Origin: Fimbriosthenelais zetlandica
Lineage: Eukaryota
Direction of reading: 5' to 3'
Length of the DNA: 33,000 nucleotides
Assembly: GCA_977030845.1 (NCBI GenBank)
Contig: OZ365115.1
Coordinates: 3,317,001-3,350,000 of the forward strand
The notes beneath the pieces were generated by a model. It ran no database searches. It worked only from the letters and a program-made list of their open reading frames with translations, and was not told the DNA's origin. The position numbers and the translations under genes are program-made. The first letter of the stretch is position 1, and the number at the start of each line of letters is the position of its first letter. Of the stretch, positions 20,121-30,950 are shown in pieces.

Positions 20121-20876
20121 CCCTGAATGAGCTTGTGCTCTAACCTATTGAGCTAACTCCCTGAATGAGCTGGTGCTCTAACCTATTGAGCTAACTCCCT
20201 GAATGAGCTGGTGCTCTAACCTATTGAGCTAACTCCCTGAATGAGCTGGTGCTCTAACCTATTGAGCTAACTCGCTGAACGAGCTGGTGCTCTCACCTAC
20301 TGAGCTAACTCCCTGAATGAGCTGGCGCTCTAACCTATTGAGCTAACTCCCTGAATGAGCTGGCGCTCTCACCTACTGAGCTAACTCCCTGAATGAGCTG
20401 GCGCTCTCACCTACTGAGCTAACTCCCTGAATGAGCTGGTGCTCTCACCTACTGAGCTAACTCCCTGAATGAGCTGGTGCTCTCACCTACTGTGCTAACT
20501 CCCTGAATGAACTGGTGCTCTCACCTATTGAGCTAACTCCCTGAATGAGCTGGTGCTCTCACCTACTGTGCTAACTCCCTGAATGAACTGGTGCTCTCAC
20601 CTATTGAGCTAACTCCCTGAATGAGCTGGTGCTCTCACCTACTGTGCTAACTCCCTGAATGAACTGGTGCTCTCACCTATTGAGCTAACTCCCTGAATGA
20701 GCTGGTGCTCTCACCTACTGAGCTAACTCTCTGAATGAGCTGGTGCTCTCACCTATTGAGCTAACTCGCTGAACGAGCTGGTGCTCTCACCTACTGAGCT
20801 AACTCGCTGAATGAGCTGGTGTTCTCACCTACTGAACTAACTCCCTGAATGAGCTGGTGTTCTCACCTACTGAGCT
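20121..20876 (-). repeat. Tandem array of 20 x 38-bp tRNA-like 5' halves (D-arm/A-box plus anticodon region)
   Basis: Exact 38-bp period (first unit 20121, twentieth 20843). Minus-strand unit AGTTAGCTCA(A/G)TAGGT(T/G)AGAGCACCAGCTCATTCAGGG contains A-box TAGCTCAGTAGG. Confidence 0.9.
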
Positions 20877-20914
20877 TGAACTCAAGTGATAAAATTCAAT
20901 GAACCAAAGAAACA

Positions 20915-21010
20915 TTTCATATTCCATTTCAAACACACATTGGCCCACATTTTAAAGAAATTTGTGCATACTCCATTTCAAAAACAGGTTGGCCCACATT
21001 TTAAGAAATG
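20915..21010. repeat. Direct repeat, ~48-bp period x2
   Basis: CCATTTCAAA...TTGGCCCACATTTTAA(A)GAAAT occurs twice. Confidence 0.75.
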
Positions 21011-22112
21011 TTAAGTGTCTTTCTCAAAGAATATCACAGATATAAATAACAAAATCAAGCCCGGATATGTGGAACAAGATTTTGTGAAAAGTTGTGGGTG
21101 GATATGGGGTCACAGGGCCATGTTAAATCTAGCCACATGATATAGGTGTAATGCACGGAGAGAGATAACGTCTGGATTCTGACATAAGGCATGCACACTC
21201 TATCTCTCTCATATATAAAGATGTAAAGGCACAAAGTATGCAATACTTCCATACTATCTTAATGTGCCATTAAGACTGTTTTTATATGGGCCTTTATTGG
21301 AGGGTTTCTCATTCATCCTGATATCATATAGCGACATCAAACGGATTAAAATATTCAAATCATTTCAATGATAAACCTGAAAACCCCCAATATAATTTAT
21401 TTTATGTATTTTGACGTATAGTTCGATATATTTCTAGCAAAGTTTTGGACAGTCCTTCTTGGATGGAAGGACACTCGAGAATAGACAATCCAATTGGTTT
21501 ATTTCCCTTTTTTCTGACTATTCTATTATAGGGGAAAATATATAAATGGTCTGGGTTTTATCCAATCTGCTACTGAGCAATCGAGCATAGAATATAGTGA
21601 AGGACAGATGAGGACCCCTGCTACTGAATACCTACAATGTCTGGCTTCAAGACAATATAAATTTTCATCTCCGTTGCATCGGTGAACAAAAGTCACAACA
21701 GTTTTATAACGGATAGGAAAAGCATGAGGAACTTATCAATGTGGTCACACTAGCAGGTTGAAATGGGAGGTTTACGTTCTGTCAGTTGTAGGGGTGGACG
21801 ATTGTCATTTATTATTATTTGTAAACTTAAGTCTGCATTAAGTACCTTATTCTATAGTATATTATGAAGTTAATTTAAACAATTCTATCATAATTAAACC
21901 TCATTTTCACTTTCAATAGTATCTTAAACAGGAAATAGTGGGGAAAGTGGAGGTGGGAGACGTGGAGGAGAGGAGAGAGAGAGTCAATGATTGGACTTAA
22001 TATTGGATCAGCCAGACTCCCAGATCCTATAAAAACCGACTGAAACAAAACGACAAGAGCTGTGGCAACAACAATGTTACTCTGATTAGAGACCTGATTT
22101 TCTACTCCCCCC

Positions 22113-22189
22113 ACTCCCAAACCAAGAGGAACGCATTCAGGAGGCACTATCCCTCACTCCCCAGCCAAGAGGAACGCATTCAGGAGGCA
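22113..22189. repeat. Direct repeat, 43-bp period x2
   Basis: CCAAGAGGAACGCATTCAGGAGGCA at 22122 and 22165. Confidence 0.85.
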
Positions 22190-23012
22190 GTAAGTCCTTT
22201 GAAAAAACTCAAAAGTCCGAATGACTGGACCTAAATTGAAGCACTCCGCTTCAGCCATACAAAAATCTTGGGATTTCTCAAGAAGTTTCTGCTGAAGGAC
22301 GCTTCGAAATATTGCCTTTCTCCTTTATTGCTAGGTTTTCTAAATGAATCTGGGAATCAATTGATGGTGGGGGGAGGATGGAGGCTGGGAATTTATTGAG
22401 AATCAAGTGGGATTCTAGTGAAATCATGCTTCAAATTGTCCTTTACTTAAAAGTGCAATATTGAGAGATCCATTAATAACTGGTATAGAAGCGGGCTACG
22501 CAATATGAATCACATAAATATGCTACAAATTTGATTAAATTCTAATTTCGGAACAAACGTAATTGTCTGGAGATGTTCAATTTTAAAGGTTCAATTTTAA
22601 ATTCCAAGTACAATTTTAAAGGTTCATATTCTGATTAAAATATTAATATTGAATATTACAAATATTTTTTTACTATTAGGCCTAATTCAAGTTCGAATGA
22701 GAATGAATAATGCCTATATAGAAACTAAATGCTTTATCGGAAATTTGGTAAAATTCCCTAAAATAATATTTCATTGTCTCCAACACCAATTTCATTGTCT
22801 CCAACAAGTACCTATCTTCGAAGACATATATATTTTTATCCAAAAACATTTTTGGTAATTTCACTTGACTTTTACTTGAATCTCACAAGGAATGTGTCCA
22901 AACGATTTCGTCCAACAAGCAGAAGAAAGGTCGAACCTTAAGATATGACTCTTTCATTGAATATGACAGCAAGTCTTTCTCCTTTCTTCCATTCCTCTAT
23001 GCTTTCTTAAAG

Positions 23013-23294
23013 GATGGATCATTCTTGGGTTTTTTCTCGAGACCAAGTGGAAGGTATATAGGAAACCCCATCTATCTGTTTGTTGGGATGAGCGCTCGGT
23101 GGGGGAATCCCATATCAATAGGAGAGTTTGAAGGTCGAGGACGCCCTGGACAGTGTCTCCATTTATCTCGCCTTTTTGTGGGCCGTTTTGGAAGTTTTTT
23201 TCCAACATTTTGTCTGCCCCTGTCAGGAGGCAGGCTAGTCCATATTGTAAAGTTTACAGACATGACTATCAATAATCTGGTTGATACTTTATAG
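23013..23294 (+). other. Weak exon candidate
   Basis: Strong pyrimidine tract and TTAAAG|GAT acceptor; phase-0 frame open for 93 codons, or a 41-nt exon ending at GAAG|GTATAT. No homology recognised. Confidence 0.2.
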
Positions 23295-23300
23295 ATTATG

Positions 23301-23325
23301 TGACGTCACTTCCCATATAGGAAGT
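23301..23325. promoter_or_regulatory. Composite CRE / ETS / CArG-like / ETS element
   Basis: TGACGTCA-CTTCC-CATATA-GGAAGT. The CArG-like CCCATATAGG (one mismatch to CC(A/T)6GG) is flanked by inverted GGAAGT sites. Confidence 0.4.
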
Positions 23326-24544
23326 CGCACCCCAGATCGGTGTAGTGTAGAAGGCGCTTTAGGGACACACTAGTCGCAGCTAAGTGGAGACAGGCCTTAA
23401 TACTACGTCTGTCTAGTGAGGAGGATCTATGTGGAGATAACATTCACTCTACACGGTATTGAAATGAGCCTCTTGTTCTATGTCACCTTCTACTGAAAAA
23501 AACTGACCACTCAGGAGGATGGTGACCAGTACTATATGTGTGATTCACATTAATTCTCCATCTCCTAAACATTCTCCTCTCGAGCTTCCCTTCAGGATCC
23601 ATTAACACATTATATAAAAAGGGCCTTCTCTACATTGCCGATTATGTCACATTATGACCTGGATTGGTCCCCTTGTAATACCTTATAAATAACCCATGAA
23701 TGTTTAAGTATTGACGAAAAAAGGCAACAATTTATACGAAATCTGGCCTTGAAAAGTCCCTGACACTAGGTGAAGAGTATACTGCCCCCAGGAAGTTCCC
23801 CGATAGGGCCATGGCCCTTTAAGCCCCATATTGGTAGGGCCATGAACAGGACTATGTATGGGGGATAGAGGGAGGAGGGACCATGGGGTAGTAGGGATTA
23901 GGGGGAGGGGAAAGGGAGGATCCAGGCCTATCTATGAAGGGAAAGAGAGGTAAGGGGCAGCTTCCTGCACACTGAAGGCTGGCTTACTATACTGGTAGGC
24001 TGTCTTGTCTAGGAATGCATTCACTTTCTTTAGGTAGACATACAAGATTATCAAAAATTTAGGACACGTTTCATACTTTGTACTTCTAAGCATCATAGAA
24101 TTATCACGTCAAAATATTTTGAATATATTTCAGTTTAAATTTGACATAAGTATGCATCAATTCTTACCTTAAATCAAGAAAACAACTCAATATTATCTGC
24201 AATATTATTTTTCAATATGTTTAAAGTTTTAGGGCCACCTTGTAGGTGGGGATAAGGAGGAGTATGGAGGAGGACCGCCTTTCTCCTGGATCCCAGTGAT
24301 CCCACCTCTACACAGCTCTCCAAATTGCCACTTCATGAATTTTTCATACTTTTTATCTATTTTTTGCCTTCTATATCATCCTAGATTGTTTCCTTATTCC
24401 GTCTTTTATCCTCTCAGAATCTGTCTAGACGAAGGATGGACGCGGATTTGCTTTTACTTTGAATGGTTTTACCATAAATGATCATAAATTAGACTCATCT
24501 CTTGTCAGGGCGGGAAGCTGGAAGATGCATGGAATAGAATTGGG

Positions 24545-24925
24545 ACAGGGAGAGAGAGAGGCACATAGCTAGAGAAAGAGAGATATCTTGAGAGAAGAGA
24601 GCGAGGAGAGAAAGGGAGCGTTAGAGATAAGGAGAGGGGGTAAGGGAGAAAGAATGAGAAGGAGGGAGAGAGTTGGAGAGGGGAGATGGGATAAGAGATC
24701 GAGGAGAAGAGAGGTGAAAGGGAGAAAGAACTAGAGAGAGAGGTGAAGAGAGAAAGAGAGAGTGTGAGAGAAAGGGAGAGAGGGAGAGACAGTGGGAGGG
24801 AGAGAGTGGGAGAGGGGAGATAAGTGATCGAGAAGAGAGGTGAAAGGGAGGGAGAGCTAAAGAGAGGGAAAGAGGCAAAGAAAGGAAGAGAAAGGGGGAG
24901 CGGGAGAGAGGGAGAGCGAGGGAAG
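24545..24925. repeat. (GA)-rich low-complexity tract
   Basis: About 380 bp that is almost entirely G/A on the plus strand. Confidence 0.9.
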
Positions 24926-25281
24926 AGGCAGTTCCATGTGCATGTAAAATGAAGTGTGTAAAGTGATGGTCAATCATCAGATATATCAGACATAACCTTT
25001 ATGTGGCTATATCTCAACCACCACATGCACCATGTGCTATCATATGATAGGCCGACAGAAACAAGTTACACATATTAAAGTAAAAGAGATCAACTTATTT
25101 TTGTTGTTGCTTAGAGCTCAAATAAGGTCTTACCCTCTACTTGCGCCCATCATGTCATTGATAGCTATATAATAGGTGGGTTGGAGAGAAAATGATATTT
25201 AGGCCTAATTTAATATCAAATGATAGTGATTAACTATTCGCCAGGTTGGAAGCATGACTATATGGGTCAGCGTTCAGCATC

Positions 25282-25384
25282 CCGGAAGTCTGGGAGTGCA
25301 CATGCGCCAGATGATCATTCCTGGTGAGGAGAAAGGTCAAGTCAAAGGTCACAGCACAGATGTGAGGGCAGGTTACCTAGATAG
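25282..25384. promoter_or_regulatory. Motif cluster: ETS, NRF1-like, two NBRE (AAAGGTCA), X-box-like
   Basis: CCGGAAGT 25282; TGCACATGCGC 25297; AAAGGTCA at 25332 and 25344; GTTACCTAGATAG 25372. Confidence 0.35.
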
Positions 25385-25425
25385 GCCCACCTAGAGAGAG
25401 GTAAACATGGGGACATAAGGGTCCA

Positions 25426-25452
25426 GGGTTCGATTCACATTATCCAAATTGC
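25426..25452 (+). mobile_element. Short SINE fragment (B-box plus start of body), plus strand
   Basis: GGGTTCGATTCACATTATCCAAATTGC matches the reverse complement of 17091-17122 (GGTTCAATGCCCCAAGCATTATCCAAATTTGC) with a short deletion. Confidence 0.45.
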
Positions 25453-25548
25453 GGCCATATTTTGTTCCTTGTGACCCAATTTTTGAAAATGTAAAAATAT
25501 TCACAATCTGTCTCTGATTATACTATGAATACTGTAAAGTTCTGAAAC

Positions 25549-25686
25549 CAGGGGCCTGTTTCAAAAGAAAAATTCGCAATGCTAGGTCTATGGCTATTTT
25601 TTGTTTTGAAATGGGCTCCTGGGGCCTATTTCAAAAGAAAAATTAGCAATGCTAAGTCTATGGCTAATTTTTGAAATGGGCTCCTG
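25549..25686. mobile_element. Tandem dimer of the ~67-bp PIF/Harbinger-like MITE
   Basis: CAG-[GGGCCTGTTTCAAAA...TTTTGAAATGGGCTC 25552-25618]-CTG-[25622-25683]-CTG: imperfect ~15-bp TIRs and CWG flanks shared at the junction. Confidence 0.8.
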
Positions 25687-26336
25687 AACTTTTAAAAAGG
25701 CATTACATCTGTAAGTTGTAACTCTGCGAGGTAAAATTTGAAGAGGAAATCCGTGAGTTATCAACCGATGGAATGTAAAAAGTGGAAATATTCCTTGACT
25801 TCGCAAATTATTTGATAAGGTCCAGGCGGAAGTCTTTCAGCAAATGAGGAGGATGATAAAAACATGGAGGGTGGGGATGTACTTGATGTAAACATAAACA
25901 CAGAGTGGGAATAGAGCGCGGTACAATGGACCAGTGTAGGGGAGGACCAGCAAGTCTGTACTACGTCTATCTACGCCACATCCCCAATAAAAACACCGCA
26001 AATTACGGTCTGGATCATGAGAAAGATCAACAGAGGCGCAAACAAGAACGCTTCCCGGTTAGATAACAGGCGGAAATAGAGAAAAATACAGGAAAAATAC
26101 TAGAAATGTCGTGAAAAATCCGGGAAAAACATCCCGACATGCTTTAGTCCAAGTGTGTGGTCTGAGAGCATCAAGATGTACTCCGTGACTGACTCCTATC
26201 ATGGAGAAAACTAGAAGATTCTAGAAGTGTTTGCGAGAAGGAAATAGACCCATTCAAAGTAGGAATTTGACCAAAAATATGTTATTCTCGACGGAGATTT
26301 GGAAGGAATTCTTCAAAACAGGAATGGTGAAGTGGT

Positions 26337-26386
26337 TAATTGGACGAGTGGGTAATTGGACGAGTGGGTAATTGGACGAGTGGTTA
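26337..26386. repeat. 16-bp unit x3
   Basis: TAATTGGACGAGTGG(G/T) repeated three times. Confidence 0.9.
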
Positions 26387-26475
26387 AGACGAAACAGAAA
26401 AAGGATTAAGAAGAAATGTAGGATTGGGGAAGTGGTGCTTGGAGGAAGAAAGGAAGAGATGGGCAGGTGGTGTAG

Positions 26476-26580
26476 GAAGGAAGGAATGAATGAATGAAGG
26501 AAGGAAGGAAGGAACGAACGAACGAACGAACGAACGAACGAGGGAGGAAAGGAAGGACGGGACGAAAGAACGAACGTAGT
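26476..26580. repeat. Compound tetranucleotide microsatellite (GAAG/GAAT/GAAC)
   Basis: In-register blocks of GAAG, GAAT, GAAG, then GAAC x7. Confidence 0.95.
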
Positions 26581-27164
26581 GAAAGAAGAACCGACGGACG
26601 GCAGGAGGAAGGGTGGATTGGAGAGAAGATGAGGGGAAAGCACGGAAGAAGTGACTTGAGAAAACAAAATAATATAATAAAAAGATAATTGAAACCAACC
26701 TAGAGATAATGAATTCAGACATCTATTTATAGAATATTCATTTTGAAGCCAGCAATACTGCAGCCTTTGTCTTGACTTTGATTATAATTCATGGGAGAGG
26801 TTGAGGCGGTCTCACATCAGGTATGAATACTGCTTAACCTTTAACTCTCCATCTCATCATTCCATTTGTCATCAAAGATCACCCCTCCATCCCCACTATC
26901 CACCCCGGATCCCGCCATTCTCCCTCATTAATTGGCAAAGATTGCACTGATGTAGGTCCAGGATCAATTCTCCTATTAAGAAATGAAGTTTTCCTTAATG
27001 AAAGGCGGGTCGGTAAGTTATTTTAGTTTCCTGATTAAGGGATTTGATGGGAGAGAAAGGAAGAAGCGGGCTGGGTGGTCTGTATTCTCTATCCCATGCA
27101 TCCAGTCATCAGATGTTCAATGTATGGAGTATGTTTTAAGGTACATGCTCAATGTAGACTCACT

Positions 27165-27223
27165 TAAAGTACCATCTCACTAAAGCGACCATCTCTCTAA
27201 AGCGACCCTCTCTCTAAAGCGAC
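27165..27223. repeat. 17-bp unit x~3.5
   Basis: CCATCTCTCTAAAGCGA repeated. Confidence 0.85.
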
Positions 27224-27830
27224 TACCTTATCAATTTGGACTGAAAATCGAGCCTGAAAATTGTATTAGATCACTGCAAGAAAATCAGTCCATACTGCCT
27301 GTGCATTGCACCATAGCATGTCTATCATAAGTAGCATCTTCTTCGTATGGCCAGTGTTGTTAGAATACCACAATCTAGCCATTTAAAAGACACAGCGACA
27401 CGTCTGGCATTGTCAATGACAACACTGCATGTAAAAAGGCTCACACTGCCTGTGAATTGACACCTATCCCTTTTAAGGATGGTTCCTTCGACCGTTCTTC
27501 TTTTTATGCCCAAATAACATAATCTGCAGCCATCGGAAAAGATCTACATGCCCATCTGGCACTGCCAATGACTTCCATTCCCATTTATTACTCAGAACGC
27601 CAGCCCTCTAATGCTCTATATGTGTACTGTCAATAACTGTCAATAGCATTATTATTGTTCCTTTTATACAGGCTGTCAATATCTGTCAATGCCTACAATT
27701 GCTTGCTTGTATGGGCCGGTGTGCTCATCTTTGTGACACTGTCAGAGCCAGCCTTAAAATGACTGCAATTGAAGCGTTAAATCATTGCACCGATATCAAA
27801 GCCGCTGCCAAATCAAAGGGGGCAGGGTAC

Positions 27831-27922
27831 CACTTCCGCCCGCCATCTTTTCCTCTGATGTTGCTAAGATACATTGAGGGTGTCTGGAGGTCTAGTGGAA
27901 GGACCTTTTTCAAGATGGCGGC
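27831..27922. promoter_or_regulatory. Possible bidirectional promoter core: divergent YY1 motifs plus ETS
   Basis: CACTTCCG 27831; CGCCATCTT 27841-27849 (YY1, minus strand); CAAGATGGCGGC 27911-27922 (YY1, plus strand). Confidence 0.4.
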
Positions 27923-30704
27923 CGTTAGTTTGTCCATATCTACTGGCATAATGTGGGTGACCTCTTTTAGCGTGACATTTTAACCTTTTCTGACACTAAA
28001 TTGACCTCATTTCAGTCCACAGAGAGGTTTAGGCGTGCGTCTGATATTAAATAAACATATTGAATGATCCGTGTCACTGCCTAAGGCTTTTCTTGTCGAA
28101 TTATTTTGCCATTCCATATTTATGTTGCCAGAAACTCTTCCATTTGTACATCTTTTTAATATTTTCTTAAATAAATATCATTTTTCTCATGATAATATGG
28201 TGATATAAAATGATATGGCTCTATATAATTTATAGTTCCATATTTATATATCAATTTTCCACTGTTTGTGGCAGCCTTTTCAGCAGAAAGTTAACCCAAT
28301 TCAATTGTAGCCCCATTTATTCCTTAACATCCATATCCATTTCTCTAGATGGACGCACAACCAATAATTTATTGATAAAACGCATTTAAAATGTGTCTTA
28401 AAGGTAATTGAAACAATACAGATGAACTGTGCAAAGATGGTGGACTTTTAGCCAAACGTTCTATAAAATACGAACACTATTTAGAAGGTTAGAGTAGAAC
28501 ATTCAGATCAACAATTATCACCACAAAATAAGAGTATATCTCAGGAGTGGAATGTGCGGAGAATGTGAGGAAACATCTCTGTTTTGATTTAAGGAGATAA
28601 TATCAGGCCCGTCCCCGACATGAGCACTTACCAGGTCGGACTATCACGTTTTTATCACACTTGTGAGTTTTTGATAATCTAACCCGGTAACACACATACC
28701 AACCCTTACCCTGAATGACCTGTCACATTCTGAAGACATTTACAGGTATTTTATCAACGCTCCTAATCAAATAGGACAGCCACTTTGCTCATGTAACTAT
28801 AGGAGAACGGAACGTTTAAATTCAGCAAAAAAAACTCAACCACCAGTCAAAAATGTGATTGCATCAACTTGAATGAAGCGATAAATCTAAATCAGTGGAC
28901 AAAGATATGAGTATTTCTCGATATTTTGTTCTTTTATGTTTGGCTATGTAGGTTTTTTTCATTTTTGATGGTTATGTTGCGTCCTAAACAACAATAAGTA
29001 TATACAGTGGCCCATTAATTAATGTTAGGACTAAACATATTTCAGAGACAATTCAATTTTGGAATAAAAATGATTGCAATGGTTGCAGGAGAAATGCTGG
29101 GATGATGAGAATGAAACCTATACAAAATAGTGAAGGGTGTACCCTACTCGCTAACGGCACTAATGTATCATTTCTCAATATGAAGTCGTTAATATAATTA
29201 ATTAAGTCCTATATAGCCCCAAAATGTGACATGAAATTGTAAAATATAAAAAGTAAGATCGAATGACAAATTTCATCTCATTTAGAAAGAAAAATTGAGC
29301 CTCGGCTTGCCGAGAAGCGGAAAATGGGAGAAGTGTGTGATTTAAGCTGAACAAACACCACTCGTGATTGATGGCATAATTTATTTTTCTTAAATTCTAT
29401 CTTTTAAATAAATATTGAATGACTTTGAATGAAATGGGGGGTGGTTTAATCTTAATGGAATAGTTGAATGATAGATTAGATCGTCTTGTAGCCTCATTTG
29501 TCAAAAGATGAGCTTCCAAGCTAACGAACCATCTGTTTCAATAATGTCTCAAAGTTATTTGACAAATTAGGTCACATATAATAGATATATATCTCATATA
29601 TGTGTATATAAAGGGTCCAATTAGATTTGACTAATCTAACAAAGACCTTTTTATAAAGAAGTACGGAAGGTTTTCCCGGAACATGTGGGTTGGAACCCTC
29701 GACCTTTTATGTTTTAGAAATGTCTCTCATTTGGCTGCAGACACCCATTACAAGTCACCCCAAAATTTGACCCTAGGTATAATCGGGTATTTTGGAATAT
29801 ATCCCACATAATGTGGAATAATATTACATGAATTCCCAGATGAATATCTTACACATAATTAATATGGGAGATGGGAATATTTTAGGAGCAAGCTTAAGGG
29901 TATTCAAGGGGTTTGGTTACATGACTGTAGAACCCCAATCTGGAGTGAATTCCTTTGGTTTGTGCAACACAAGTTTTAACATGTGATTTGCCCCTACTCT
30001 ACAACTATCCATTACTGGTGCTATCTCACAACGTGTGAAATGGTAGAAAGGCAGCGTGATTAAGTGTGCATACCACAGTGCAAGGTCTGCATTCTCAGCT
30101 CCTGGTGCCATATGCGTTAAAGTGGCCAACCATAGTATTCTTGCATACTATTCCAACATACCAGATACCCGAGACCCCTGAATATCCTTTCATTCTATAG
30201 ATTTTATATTTCTTCCAATTCCCAACGACACTAGCCCTACATTGTACCTCAAACACATTACAAAATCCAAAAAGAAGCTGAAACCCGCGTGGCCATTCAA
30301 GATGGTAGATTTTCATTTCAAGGCCACTACAATCTTTTGAATGTCCTTGAAAAACTAAATTAATAAAGTCATAGTAATTCAAAGGATTCTAATGGCCTGG
30401 GGACAGGGTTTTATAGACGTTTTATTTTACGCAATGTATCTTCATGCGGCATAAATGTTAGCTCTGTTCAAAGCTTGGTCACAGTAGTGATATTCCCTTT
30501 AAATTCCCACTGCTTCCACCAGCACTGGACCGTATGCAGAGCGCGGACTAATACAAATCCAGGTGAACTACTTTATTGACAGCCTCTGCCGCATATTCCT
30601 CCGCTGATAAAGTAAGGGCAATGAGGGTATTAGGGTTAACCCGGGTAGGCACCTGTACACAACCCTGACTGCATGCCCAACGGACAGATAGATCAAGGTG
30701 GGAG

Positions 30705-30950
30705 GTGTAGGGAGGGGGAGGAGGAGGCATGAGGGGGGAAGAGGGAGGTGGAGAGGGGGAGAGGGGAGGAGGGACACATATATATCAAGCAGGGTACAGC
30801 CTACAGGGGATAAAGGGGAGATGGAGAGGGGAAGAGGGAGTGGAGAGGAAGAGGGGAGGGAGGTGGAGAGGAAGAAGGGACGAGGACATAAATCAAGGTG
30901 GTGGAAGGGAGGGATGAGGGAAGAGAAAAGAGAAAGGGGATGGAATTTGG
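30705..30950. repeat. G/purine-rich low-complexity tract
   Basis: GGAGAGGGG/GGGAGG runs; source of Gly/Arg/Glu-rich spurious ORFs. Confidence 0.85.

Noticed and set aside
20121-20876. CRISPR-like array
   Set aside because: Units are contiguous with no unique spacers, there are no cas genes, and the context is eukaryotic.
24621-24977. 118-aa Leu/Ser/Pro ORF and similar ORFs at 6356-6766 (5' part), 12222-12607, 26254-26722 and 30548-30982
   Set aside because: They are microsatellite- or purine-tract-derived reading frames.
26213-26227. Perfect three-unit heat shock element AGAAG-ATTCT-AGAAG
   Set aside because: About 0.4 such matches are expected by chance in 33 kb at this base composition, and there is no supporting promoter context.
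26815-26870. Box C/D snoRNA-like ATGATGA...CTGA on the minus strand
   Set aside because: It is too short (~53 nt), has no terminal stem, and has no recognisable rRNA guide.
29680-29710. B-box-like AAGGTCGAGGGTTCCAACCC on the minus strand
   Set aside because: No A-box or family core is adjacent, so it is too short to assign and was not counted among the SINE copies.
30235-30367. 42-codon possible terminal exon (PYIVPQTHYKIQKEAETRVAIQDGRF...) with AATAAA overlapping the stop
   Set aside because: It is short, has no recognisable homology and no linkable upstream exon; compatible with chance.
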